A stretch of DNA of 63,803 nt, the filler included, from Octopus bimaculoides (taxonomy: Eukaryota), in assembly GCF_001194135.2 (NCBI RefSeq). It is 5 parts of 5 records of this genome, joined end to end, with 100 filler letters (N's around TTAATTAATTAA, not from the genome) between each part and the next. Parts side by side here need not be neighbours in the genome. Positions count along the whole stretch, not along the records: positions 1 to 24,129 come from NC_068985.1; positions 24,230 to 50,382 come from NC_068991.1; 3 more parts are not named here. One strand, given 5' to 3'. Below the pieces are notes generated by a model. It ran no database searches. It was not told the origin of the DNA and saw only the letters and a program-made list of their open reading frames with translations. Positions 12,408-24,614 of this stretch are shown one piece after another. The stretch's first letter is position 1. Each line of letters opens with the position of its first letter. Made by a program: the position numbers and the translations under genes.

Positions 12408-13055
12408 TTTTTTTTTTTCAATTGGAACTTGTAAAAGTCAATGAGGGCTCGGCCGAAGAGGAAAATGTCTGGCTTCAGTCCTATCAACGTCATCCACCAC
12501 ACTACCTCTTTCGTTATAGCAACCAGACAGAGGAAAGCTGCCTTTCCCTACCGGTCAAAGGAAGGCTGCGGGGTGATCCTCACGATGGACTCGGCTAATA
12601 ACCGGATCCGTCCTACACGTGACAACGGCTGTTCGACAAAGCTCTAGACACTAGACGAGTGCAGCAAGACGGTTTCATCGTCCTGCACACACCTCGCACA
12701 AGTCCGTCAGACAGTATTTCCGTATCTGTAGAGCTTGTCTCGAACCGGCAGAGCACCCCGGTAGCACTGCCAGACCAGGGTTTTTTGGAAGTTATCCATA
12801 GGCCCCGGCCCGAAGGTCCTCCGCTGGAGATGGAGGTTGTCATGGATACTTCTGTTTGGGATAGTTCATTTCTGCGCATCACCAACATACTTATCGACAA
12901 GCACCAACCTCTTGGCTAACACCTTGGCCAAAATCTTATAATACACATTCAGCAGAAATATAGGCCTAAAGTTATCAATTTTGTCCCCCTGGGAATTCTC
13001 CCATTCTGCACCGGTTGTGGTAGGCGTCTGCAAAGAGACCACCGAACAATTTCTT
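12408..13055 (-). mobile_element. Tx1/L1-clade LINE 3' portion with internal deletion and poly(A) tail
   Basis: GDKIDNFRPIFLLNVYYKILAKVLAKRL is fused to the C-terminal PMDNFQKTLVWQCYRGALPVRDKLYR...RTCARCVQDDETVLLH zinc-knuckle region. A T11 run on the + strand at 12408-12418 is the poly(A). Confidence 0.75.
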
Positions 13056-14860
13056 GTCCACCTGGAGATCTGGACAAAGCCAGACCCCGAGCAATTTAAC
13101 TGGTCCTTCGGTCTAACGCTGTCGGTTGGCATGGACCTACCTCTCCAGGTGCCGAGCTGCAGGCCCACCGACTTCTCCTGGCTGATATTTGTTCCTGTCA
13201 CCGTTTCGTACTCCCTTAGAGCAGTACTGACCACCTCGATTTCCGAGATGTCCGACTCTATTACGGTGACGTCACCCTCGTAAGCCGACACGAACCTTCC
13301 GGATCCTAGATCACGCGGAATGTCCCTCGAAACATCCAGCTTCCGCATCAATGGCTCGAGAGCCAGTACGAACAGAAGAGGTGAAAGTGGGCATCCTTGA
13401 CGGACTGAGCGATGTTAAACGATTCCGATAGGTGGCCATTTACTTTGACCACCGAACATTGCAGTACATTGCAGCGATCCAGCCTCTTAAAACTACAACT
13501 GAAGGGGGTGACGGCCTCTGAAAACGAGGCCGAAAACGTGAGAACAGCCTCCAGGTATTTGTGGTCGACACCATCAAAAGCTTTCGATTGATTCAAATTG
13601 GTCAGGGCCCCACCCATGCCAGGTTCCTTTCGCACGCTCTTTCTGGTGTAACGCGTGAGGCGGAGGTTGTGGATACTTTTGGGGGATCCACGTCTGCGCG
13701 TCACCAACCAACTTATCGTCGACAAGCGCCAATCTCTTGTCTAACCCTTTGGCCAAAATCTTATAATCTGCATTCAGCAGAGTTATAGGCCTAAAGTTAT
13801 CAATTTTGTCCCCCTTATTCGAATCCTCCCTAAATATCACCACTCCACGGCTCACAGCGCTGAGAATTCTCTTGCTCTGCTGCCAGTTGTTTTAGACGTC
13901 TAGCAAGAGACCACCGAACAAGTTTGGCATATGAAAATAAAGCTCGAAAGGTAGACCATTCTGCGTTTTCATCGCGTACTGTATATCTTCTGCTGTTATC
14001 GGCATTGCACGGAACCCTGCCTCCCTGGCCGAAAGGCGCCGCATGTTACTGAGATAGGGAGTGAAATCCATCACCATTCCAGAACCACTGCGTGTCACAT
14101 ACAGTTCGGCGAAGTACCGCTGAAATTCCGCACACATCTGCTTGGATTCGGTTATCATGCGCCCATCACAGCTCGTAAAGATCGAATTGTTGCTTTATTT
14201 CCACGAAGCGCCTCTGTCACCCGGGCCCATCGAACGGTTTTCGTCCCCTCCCGTATCAGTGCACGCATCCTAGCTCTGACAACGCAACTTTCGTGTTTGG
14301 CATTGAAGAATTGATCAAGAGCCAATCTCGCCGCTAGCACGTCGGTCGCTACGCCTTTACGAAGTGCCTCATCTAGCTTTCTAACAAGGTCTCCCTCTGT
14401 CCTAGATTCCTCTAACGCTATTTCCTTACTAAAACCTATCGCCTCTACTCTAATAACCCTTTCCATGGCTATCCACCAACGGCTGTTGACGATTGCACCT
14501 ACTAACTCTCGATGGACTAACTTGCTAATCCGGTCCCTAAAAGCCTGGCGCGCCTCAGAAGGGGGCGTTCAGCTTCCAGTGCCTGTGCTTTGTCTATGGA
14601 TCCTATCTATGTCGACCGTACAGATCATACATTTATGGTGCTTGTAACCGACGACTTTGAATTGTTGACAGCCTATATTACTTCTATCTACAAGCCTACA
14701 AAATACTCTATCTAGATACGATCTGGAATGCCTGATGCTGTTCGCCCATATCCACATTGGCGCGATCGAGAAATCCAGTCGGTACCTGTCAAGCCAACTG
14801 GAAGCGGCTGAGCAGGTTTGTGAGGCTTTTCCTCCTCGCTCTCCTATCAGCTAGCCCCAC
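13056..14860 (-). mobile_element. Tx1/L1-clade LINE ORF2 fragment (EN to RT)
   Basis: EN end (SYLDRVF...HHK), tether (AKHESCVVRAR...EGTK), and RT motifs NFRPITLLNADYKILAK, LNQSKAFDGVDHKYL, VSAYEGDVTV (YADD-like), YETVTGTNISQEKS. Stops and frameshifts are present. Confidence 0.85.
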
Positions 14861-14861
14861 C

Positions 14862-15420
14862 CTATCCAGGCGTGCGTCCAATGTGGAGCACTGAGTGCAG
14901 TACCAACTCCGAATGACGGTGAGCCTGCCCAGCTAACCTCATTCTCCTCTGTGTTATTTTTGAACTTACTATTGGGAGGCTCTCGTACAGCTCTGAGTTC
15001 TTCATCCTCAGTGTATACTGATTAATGTTCAGAGCCACCCTCAGCATTCCCGTGTAGCCCCATCCAACCATCTGAGTGAACTTCGTGGTCAGTGTCCATG
15101 TCTCAGACCCATGCAACAGCAGACTCCACTACAGCAAAGAAAAGACGGATCTTCAGGTCTTTACGAAGATCCGACTTCTATACAGATCTCAAACTGTGGC
15201 ATGCCGCCCAGGCTTTGCTCTTCCTCTCAACTATAACAACCTCTGTCTTCCCAATCTTTGCTCCTAGATACAGGAAGTCCTCAACCAACTCTAATGGCTT
15301 CCCGCCTACATTCGTAGTCTTCTCTGGCTTCTTAATGTTCTCTACCAGATACTTAGTCTTAATTTCATTCATTTCCAGCCCCACACTCATCGACACAGTC
15401 TCTACCTCTTACACCAAATC
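14862..15420 (-). mobile_element. RTE/RTEX-type LINE RT C-terminal fragment
   Basis: VGLEMNEIKTKY...LELVEDFLYLGA...RKSKAWAACHSL and HGSETWTLT...YTGMLRVALN...LYESLP.VS.KI.QRRMRLAG. Confidence 0.8.
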
Positions 15421-15677
15421 TTCTGCTTCCTTCACTGTTTATCATCAGAACTATGTCGTGAGCACCGAATTTATTTGGGGCCAAATATAGCCCCACTAGG
15501 GGCTACACAAACACAGAAACCCAACGCCAGGTCCCTAGTGTTTCTATTAACAAACTGAAACAACGTTTAAACGAAAAAAACAAAACGGTAACAAACGGGT
15601 GTAAACTAAATTTTTAATCAAGACTTACTTCGGGCGTTCGAAAATACGTCTGTCATGTTCAGCAGTAAATATACTAT

Positions 15678-15683
15678 AATAAC

Positions 15684-15773
<90 letters not shown>

Positions 15774-16416
15774 TCCTGGCTAAGAAGGAATATATTCACA
15801 GACATGACAGAGCTGGGACCTATATACACTGGAAGCTATGCCAACATTATGGAATAACAACAGAAAAAAGATGGTATAAACANNNNNNNNNNNNNNNNNN
15901 NNNNNNNNNNNNNNNNNNNNNNNNNNNNNNNNNNNNNNNNNNNNNNNNNNNNNNNNNNNNNNNNNNNNNNNNNNNNNNNNNNNNNNNNNNNNNNNNNNNN
16001 NNNNNNNNNNNNNNNNNNNNNNNNNNNNNNNNNNNNNNNNNNNNNNNNNNNNNNNNNNNNNNNNNNNNNNNNNNNNNNNNNNNNNNNNNNNNNNNNNNNN
16101 NNNNNNNNNNNNNNNNNNNNNNNNNNNNNNNNNNNNNNNNNNNNNNNNNNNNNNNNNNNNNNNNNNNNNNNNNNNNNNNNNNNNNNNNNNNNNNNNNNNN
16201 NNNNNNNNNNNNNNNNNNNNNNNNNNNNNNNNNNNNNNNNNNNNNNNNNNNNNNNNNNNNNNNNNNNNNNNNNNNNNNNNNNNNNNNNNNNNNNNNNNNN
16301 NNNNNNNNNNNNNNNNNNNNNNNNNNNNNNNNNNNNNNNNNNNNNNNNNNNNNNNNNNNNNNNNNNNNNNNNNNNNNNNNNNNNNNNNNNNNNNNNNNNN
16401 NNNNNNNNNNNNNNNN

Positions 16417-16500
<84 letters not shown>
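15678..16500 (+). mobile_element. 5'-truncated R4/Dong copy inserted in a (TAA)n array, mostly hidden in an N gap
   Basis: (AAT)n 15678-15773, then LAKKEYIHRHDRAGTYIHWKLCQHYGITTEKRWYK, then a 534-N gap, then (AAT)n 16417-16500. Confidence 0.8.
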
Positions 16501-16779
16501 CTTTAAACACATCTCTATAATCCTCTGTAGTTCATTTTATTCGTTTTACTTTAGGCGGTGTTTTTGGTGGCGTCACTACAGGTCTATTGTTTAGGATTAT
16601 CCTGATTCTAGTTACCTAGTAGATCATTTTTTGTTATCCTTTTTGTTTTGTTTTTTTGTGTGTTCTTTTTTTGAGAGTTTGTTCCAATAACAATAAACTA
16701 TAGCCTGCAAGTACTATTACTATCAGCCTTGAAAATGGAAACCATATTACTAACGGAACTAGAACTACTAGTACCAGTA

Positions 16780-16791
16780 TCACTGTACTGC

Positions 16792-16823
<32 letters not shown>

Positions 16824-18120
16824 CTAATGGTGAGAATGATCATTTTCCACCATTACCGCGACTGCTATTACCACTGCCACCATCAGCCTACCTGTCAATA
16901 CCATCACCACCACCACTACAACCACAGCCACAACCACCACAACCACAATATCAACTACCACAGCAGCCACAACTACAACTGTCACTGCAACCATCATCAC
17001 AACCACCAGCACCACCACAGCAACCACCACCATCACAACATCAACTACCATAACAACCACAACAACTGCCACCACAACCACCACCACCACAACCACCACC
17101 ACCACAAACACCACCACCACCACAACNNNNNNNNNNNNNNNNNNNNNNNNNNNNNNNNNNNNNNNNNNNNNNNNNNNNNNNNNNNNNNNNNNNNNNNNNN
17201 NNNNNNNNNNNNNNNNNNNNNNNNNNNNNNNNNNNNNNNNNNNNNNNNNNNNNNNNNNNNNNNNNNNNNNNNNNNNNNNNNNNNNNNNNNNNNNNNNNNN
17301 NNNNNNNNNNNNNNNNNNNNNNNNNNNNNNNNNNNNNNNNNNNNNNNNNNNNNNNNNNNNNNNNNNNNNNNNNNNNNNNNNNNNNNNNNNNNNNNNNNNN
17401 NNNNNNNNNNNNNNNNNNNNNNNNNNNNNNNNNNNNNNNNNNNNNNNNNNNNNNNNNNNNNNNNNNNNNNNNNNNNNNNNNNNNNNNNNNNNNNNNNNNN
17501 NNNNNNNNNNNNNNNNNNNNNNNNNNNNNNNNNNNNNNNNNNNNNNNNNNNNNNNNNNNNNNNNNNNNNNNNNNNNNNNNNNNNNNNNNNNNNNNNNNNN
17601 NNNNNNNNNNNNNNNNNNNNNNNNNNNNNNNNNNNNNNNNNNNNNNNNNNNNNNNNNNNNNNNNNNNNNNNNNNNNNNNNNNNNNNNNNNNNNNNNNNNN
17701 NNNNNNNNNNNNNNNNNNNNNNNNNNNNNNNNNNNNNNNNNNNNNNNNCCACCACAACCACCACCACCACAACCACAATATCAACTACCACAGCAGCCAC
17801 AACTACAACTGCCACTACAACCACCACCACTACAACCACCAACACCAACACAATCGCCACCACAACCACAGCCACAACCACCACCAACGTCACCACTATC
17901 GAAACGTCATCTTCTATCCCCCGCCCCTCACGCTACCATTCACACTGCGCAACACCAACGCAATCCGCTCTTGCTCCAGATTATTTCCCCATCCTATTGT
18001 CACACACACGCACACACACGCACACGCATACACACACACACACTACCTGTTTGTTCAACTATCTTCACCACCACCACCACCACCACCACCATCATCACTG
18101 CCTCCATTGCGACATCACCA
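16780..18120. repeat. Low-complexity (AGT)n / (CAC/CAA)n field with N gap
   Basis: Trinucleotide mosaics; the His/Thr/Val-rich ORFs here are artefacts. Confidence 0.9.
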
Positions 18121-18194
18121 TCACTATTAGCCTGCCCCAGTTAAGGCTGACCCGGACATAAGCAGCGACAGCAATGGCACCATCAACAACAACG

Positions 18195-18350
18195 ACGACC
18201 CCAGTACTTGGCTGGTACTTAATTCATCGACCTCGAAAGGAATGAAAGGCAAAATCGACCGCGGTGGAATTTGAATTCAGAATGTAATGACGAACGAAAT
18301 GCCGCTAAGCATTTTACTCGGCATGGTGACGAATCTGCCAGCTTGCTATA
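18195..18350 (-). mobile_element. SINE family B copy
   Basis: CTGGTACTTAATTCATCGACCTCGAAAGGAATGAAAGGCAAAATCGACC...CTGCCAGCTTGC. Confidence 0.85.
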
Positions 18351-19169
18351 TTAGAATTAATAATAATAATGCGAACACTAATGCAACTACTTGACGCATC
18401 ATCACCGACGAGTGTCAAGAACACAAGCAAGAGCAAAAGAGCAACAGCGTGATCTAAAAAGAGAATCCTCTGGAAGATTTTTCTTATTTTTCTGTCTTTT
18501 GGTCAGGAGGAAATTCAGTGACCTATGACCTTTTTTTTTATTTGTTTTTAGAGCCTACATGATTGGTTGGAGGGGGAGAGAGAATGGTTCCCTGAAACCT
18601 GAAACCGGAAACCCTAACCCTAACCCTCCCGGTGGTTGCAACGGAAAGGTTAGTGCTAAAAGTATCAGGCAGTGGTATTAAACTGGGTGATGAGTTAAAC
18701 CTACTCCCTAGAAAATAAACAGGAAATTAGGGCATGGCAGATTTTGTATTAAGGATGCAAAGAGCTGGAAAAAAATAACGGCAAGGTATCTGGTCCAACG
18801 TGCATACAGTTCTTCCTATCCAACGCCCTCAACCGATGCTCACATATAAGCCCCGAGAGGATAAAAACCACAGTTGCCTTCAGTGTGCTTTGAACTCATG
18901 AACTCAGAATGCAGAAAGTCTGAACATATGACACATTGCATTTTGTCCGACACGCCAGCGGCTCTGCCAATTTGCTCCTTTAAATCATTTGGCATGCTAG
19001 AAATAACAGCTGAGGCGTCTTCAAATGCTACCTTACCGGCTCTGATACAAATGTAGACATAAATTATTAAAGAAGGGAAAAAAGCACAAAGAAGAAAAAA
19101 AAAACACGAGATGGTCACGGCTGTAGAACCTTGGATCCTAGATCTCCTGATTAAAAGCGGTGGTGGGTA

Positions 19170-19212
<43 letters not shown>

Positions 19213-19524
19213 GCAACAGCAGCGTCCACCAGCAGTATTAATCATCAGCAACAGCGACGGAGGCAACAGCAGCAGAATCCTCCTGTAGCAAAAACCCGAC
19301 CACTTCCTCACACCACAACGCTACAACCACCACCACCACCACTAACATCATCATCATCATCACCATCATAATCATCATCGTCATCATTACCTCCAGCATC
19401 ACCACCACCGTCATCATCATCATCATCATCATCATCGTCATCGTCAACACCACAACCACCACCCATCGTCGTCGTCGTCGTCTCCGTCGACATCATCATC
19501 ATCATTAACATCACTACCGCCACC

Positions 19525-19568
<44 letters not shown>

Positions 19569-19599
19569 CATCAGCACCACTTCTACTACTACTACTACC

Positions 19600-19635
<36 letters not shown>

Positions 19636-19687
19636 NNNNNNNNNNACCACCACCACCATCAGCACCACTTCTACTACTACTACTACC

Positions 19688-19737
<50 letters not shown>

Positions 19738-19793
19738 CACCACCACCATCACCACCACCACTACTGCTACTACCACTACTACTACTACTACAA

Positions 19794-19825
<32 letters not shown>

Positions 19826-19998
19826 ACTACTACCAGTACCACCACCACCGCGTCATCATCTTCTGTAGCAGCAGCGAGTAGCAGAAGTATAACTAGATAC
19901 AGCAGCATTTATTTCGAGTGACAACTAGCAGCAGCAGCAACAGTTGTAGCAATAAACAGCAGCAGCAGCAATAACAGCGACGACGACAAGAACAACAA

Positions 19999-20029
<31 letters not shown>

Positions 20030-21045
20030 GGCAAGCGTACTAATAGCGGATGTTAACAGGGGGTGTCAAGATAAACCAGCAGCAACAGCAGCAGCAGCAC
20101 TATCACCATTAGCGTAATTAGCATCATCAAGCGTCGTCATCATCATCATCATCATCATCATCTGCAGCAGCAGCAGCAACACCAGTGACAGCATCATCAT
20201 CATCATCAACAACATCATCAGTGACAGCAGTAAAGACACTGATGAGGGNNNNNNNNNNNNNNNNNNNNNNNNNNNNNNNNNNNNNNNNNNNNNNNNNNNN
20301 NNNNNNNNNNNNNNNNNNNNNNNNNNNNNNNNNNNNNNNNNNNNNNNNNNNNNNNNNNNNNNNNNNNNNNNNNNNNNNNNNNNNNNNNNNNNNNNNNNNN
20401 NNNNNNNNNNNNNNNNNNNNNNNNNNNNNNNNNNNNNNNNNNNNNNNNNNNNNNNNNNNNNNNNNNNNNNNNNNNNNNNNNNNNNNNNNNNNNNNNNNNN
20501 NNNNNNNNNNNNNNNNNNNNNNNNNNNNNNNNNNNNNNNNNNNNNNNNNNNNNNNNNNNNNNNNNNNNNNNNNNNNNNNNNNNNNNNNNNNNNNNNNNNN
20601 NNNNNNNNNNNNNNNNNNNNNNNNNNNNNNNNNNNNNNNNNNNNNNNNNNNNNNNNNNNNNNNNNNNNNNNNNNNNNNNNNNNNNNNNNNNNNNNNNNNN
20701 NNNNNNNNNNNNNNNNNNNNNNNNNNNNNNNNNNNNNNNNNNNNNNNNNNNNNNNNNNNNNNNNNNNNNNNNNNNNNNNNNNNNNNNNNNNNNNNNNNNN
20801 NNNNNNNNNNNNNNNNNNNNNNNNNNNNNNNNNNNNNNNNNNNNNNNNNNNNNNNNNNNNNNNNNNNNNNNNNNNNNNNNNNNNNNNNNNNNNNNNNNNN
20901 NNNNNNNNNNNNNNNNNNNNNNNNNNNNNNNNNNNNNNNNNNNNNNNNNNNNNNNNNNNNNNNNNNNNNNNNNNNNNNNNNNNNNNNNNNNNNNNCGCTA
21001 GCGGGGCTGGCGGCGGCGGCGGCGGCGGTGGCGGTGGTGAGGGTG

Positions 21046-21125
<80 letters not shown>

Positions 21126-21271
21126 GGTAGTAGTAGTGACAGCAGCAACAGTCGTGATAACAACAGCAGCACCTGCAACAACAGCAAGATCAATTCAATG
21201 GTGGTAGTAGTAGTAGTGGTTGTTGTATTAGGAGTGTAGGTGGGGTGGGTAGGAGAAGGAAGAGGAGACGA

Positions 21272-21319
<48 letters not shown>

Positions 21320-21403
21320 GATAAAGAAAGAAAGAGAGAAAGAAAGAAAGAATGATAACAAGAAAGAAAGAAAGAAAGAAAGAATGATAACAAGAAAGAA
21401 ACA

Positions 21404-21455
<52 letters not shown>

Positions 21456-21465
21456 ATAACAAGAC

Positions 21466-21504
<39 letters not shown>

Positions 21505-21611
21505 ATGATAACAAGAAAGAAATAAAGAAAAAGAAAGAAATAAAGAAAAAGAAAGAAATAAAGAAAGAAAGAAAGAAAAAAGACAGAAAGACAGAAAGAC
21601 AGAATGATAAC

Positions 21612-21650
<39 letters not shown>

Positions 21651-21691
21651 GAAGAAAGGAAGAAAGGAAGAAAGAAAGACAGAATGATAAC

Positions 21692-21751
<60 letters not shown>

Positions 21752-21793
21752 AAAAGAAAGAAAGAAAGAAAGAAAGAAAGACAGAATGATAAC

Positions 21794-21825
<32 letters not shown>

Positions 21826-21897
21826 AATAAAGAAAGCGAGAAAGGAAGAAAGGAAGAAAGAAAGAAAGAAAAAGACAGAAAGATAGAAAGAAAGAAA

Positions 21898-21935
<38 letters not shown>

Positions 21936-21951
21936 ATGATAACAAGAAGTA

Positions 21952-21995
<44 letters not shown>

Positions 21996-22183
21996 ATGAT
22001 AACAAGAAGTAAAGAAAGAAAGAAAGAAAGAAAGAAAGAGAGAAAGAAAGAAAGAAAGACAGAATGATAACAAGAAAGAAAGAAAGACAGAATGATAACA
22101 AGAAAGAAAGAAAGAAAAAGAAAGAAAGAAAGAAAGTAAAAGAAAGAAAAAGAAAGAAAGGAAGAAAGAAAGAAAGAGAGAAA

Positions 22184-22255
<72 letters not shown>

Positions 22256-22564
22256 AATAAAGAGATAAGGAAAGAATAAGAAAGAAAGAAAGAAAGAANN
22301 NNNNNNNNNNNNNNNNNNNNNNNNNNNNNNNNNNNNNNNNNNNNNNNNNNNNNNNNNNNNNNNNNNNNNNNNNNNNNNNNNNNNNNNNNNNNNNNNNNNN
22401 NNNNNNNNNNNNNNNNNNNNNNNNNNNNNNNNNNNNNNNNNNNNNNNNNNNNNNNNNNNNNNNNNNNNNNNNNNNNNNNNNNGAAAGAAAGAAAGAAAAA
22501 GAAAGAAAGAAAGAAAGTAAAAGAAAGAAAAAGAAAGAAAGGAAGAAAGAAAGAAAGAGAGAAA

Positions 22565-22640
<76 letters not shown>

Positions 22641-22943
22641 AAAAGAAAGAAAAAGAAAGAAAGAAAGAAAAAAGAAAACAAGGAAGTGAGAAAGGAGGGA
22701 GAGAAAGAGAGGGAGAGAAAGAGAGGGAGTGTGTGTCTGAGAGAGAGACAGAGAGAGAGAGAGAGAAGGCAAATAAATATTTTTGTAAAAATAACAAAAG
22801 CAGGAAGCAAAAAAAAAAATCAACAATAAAACCTATAAAGACAGTAACAACAACAACAACAACTAAAGCTGTAATTATCGGCTTTCNNNNNNNNNNNNNN
22901 NNNNNNNNNNNCTGCCCCATCCTCGTTATCATCGTCATCACCG

Positions 22944-22983
<40 letters not shown>

Positions 22984-23010
22984 TATTATTATTATCAACA
23001 AGTGCAAGCG

Positions 23011-23044
<34 letters not shown>

Positions 23045-23127
23045 GTCGTCGTCATCGTCATCGTCACCACCAAGGCTGCAGCAGCAACAACAACAACAGC
23101 AACAGCAGCAGCAGCAGCAGCAGAAGC

Positions 23128-23164
<37 letters not shown>

Positions 23165-23420
23165 ACAAGAGCGGAGACAGCAGAGGGCTACTACTACCAT
23201 TGCAGTGAGAGCAGCTGTGATCTCACTTCTTGTTCTAAACAATACGGCTACAACACGAAACTAACGCTTATTATTAAAACAATAACTGCTACACAGAGCA
23301 GCTTACCACTACCACTACCACCACCACCACCACATCAAGCACTACCACCACTACAAGCACTACCACCACTACAAGCTACACCACTACCACCACCACCACC
23401 ACCACACCAACAAAACACAT
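19170..23420. repeat. Compound simple-repeat field (GAT, CAC, CTA, CAG, GTA, GAAA, CAT) with N gaps
   Basis: More than 4 kb of contiguous microsatellites, including a ~1.4-kb (GAAA)n tract at 21270-22680. Confidence 0.95.
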
Positions 23421-23704
23421 CACACCACCATATATATACTTATATACATATTTGTACATACATGTACACATTCATTACACGCATTTCCACTCACGTATAC
23501 GCACACACCATCACACTATACGCAATTAATTGTATTATTTAATAACACATAATTATACATCAATATATATATAAATATACACACATACACACGTAGAATT
23601 AAATATAAATACACGCACACACGTACACACACATATATATATGTACATGCAAACATACATATACATTTCTATGTAGTTCTATCTATCTATCTGTGTGTAT
23701 ATAT

Positions 23705-23741
<37 letters not shown>

Positions 23742-23832
23742 CATATATATATACCTATATACCAATACATATATTTCCACTGTGAGAAACATCGAGTGTG
23801 TTGTGTGAACAGACAGCATTCGAGCTTAAAGG

Positions 23833-23950
23833 ATGGCTGAAAGAAAGTTGATTTTACCCTGCTGGGGACTGTTTTTAGCTTGTTTCTTCCTTGGTTATGT
23901 TCGAACGGCAGTTTTGGTGGATAAATCTAGTTCCATTTCATCAGCATTAG
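23833..23950 (+). CDS. Probable first coding exon of a secreted or membrane protein (signal peptide)
   Basis: Strong Kozak context (AAGG ATG G), MAERKLILPCWGLFLACFFLGYVRTAVLVDKSSSISSAL (basic n-region, hydrophobic h-region, VRT-A cleavage-like site), and a consensus AG|GTAAGT phase-1 donor. Confidence 0.55.
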
Positions 23951-23981
23951 GTAAGTAGATAACAATATAAATACCGATGTA

Positions 23982-24043
<62 letters not shown>

Positions 24044-24129
24044 CGTTCGTACATATTCGAAAACGTATCTATATACAAACACTTGCGACTATATAACAAA
24101 TTTATATATACATATAGATACATGTATAC

Positions 24130-24229
24130 NNNNNNNNNNNNNNNNNNNNNNNNNNNNNNNNNNNNNNNNNNNNTTAATTAATTAANNNNNNNNNNNNNNN
24201 NNNNNNNNNNNNNNNNNNNNNNNNNNNNN
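24130..24229. other. Synthetic scaffold-join spacer
   Basis: 44 N + TTAATTAATTAA + 44 N = 100 bp, identical at four places in the window. Confidence 0.95.
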
Positions 24230-24540
24230 CTGTAATTATTTGTATCTAAAGCGTCACCTTTACCTTTGTAGCAGTTGACTATGATGCTGCTACACCAGTC
24301 ATTGGGTATGACTCCTTCGTGTATCACCTGGTTCGTAATACGGGTGACTAGGCTATAGCCAACACTGCCAGATATTTTGAGCATCTCTGCAGTGATTCCT
24401 GATGGGCCGGGGGCTTTCCCGGTCTTCATACTCTTAATTGCTTTATCTACCCTGGTACTATCAACTCGGATAGCTGGTCCCTCTATTGGGTCGACATACG
24501 GCAGGCTCTCTTCCTCCCATTCATTCTCTTTATTTTGAAA
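24230..24540 (-). mobile_element. RTE-clade LINE RT N-terminal fragment
   Basis: PIEGPAIRVDSTRVDKAIKSMKTGKAPGPSGITAEMLKISG...IPNDWCSSIIVNCYKGKGDALDTNNY. Confidence 0.9.
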
Positions 24541-24614
24541 TGATCCAAGACTTGTGAGTTAAATCTGATTGAGGGTAACTACATGTAAGCCTTTCAAGTG
24601 TGTGCCTACATATA

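Noticed and set aside
19555-19725. ~60-bp direct repeat on both sides of a 10-N gap (similar cases flank the gaps at 17127-17748 and 22299-22482)
   Set aside because: Probably overlapping contig ends duplicated during scaffolding rather than biology.
16827-23542. Long His-, Thr-, Val-, Phe/Leu/Ser- and Lys/Glu/Arg-rich ORFs (up to 914 aa)
   Set aside because: They run through simple repeats and N gaps, with no splice or homology support.
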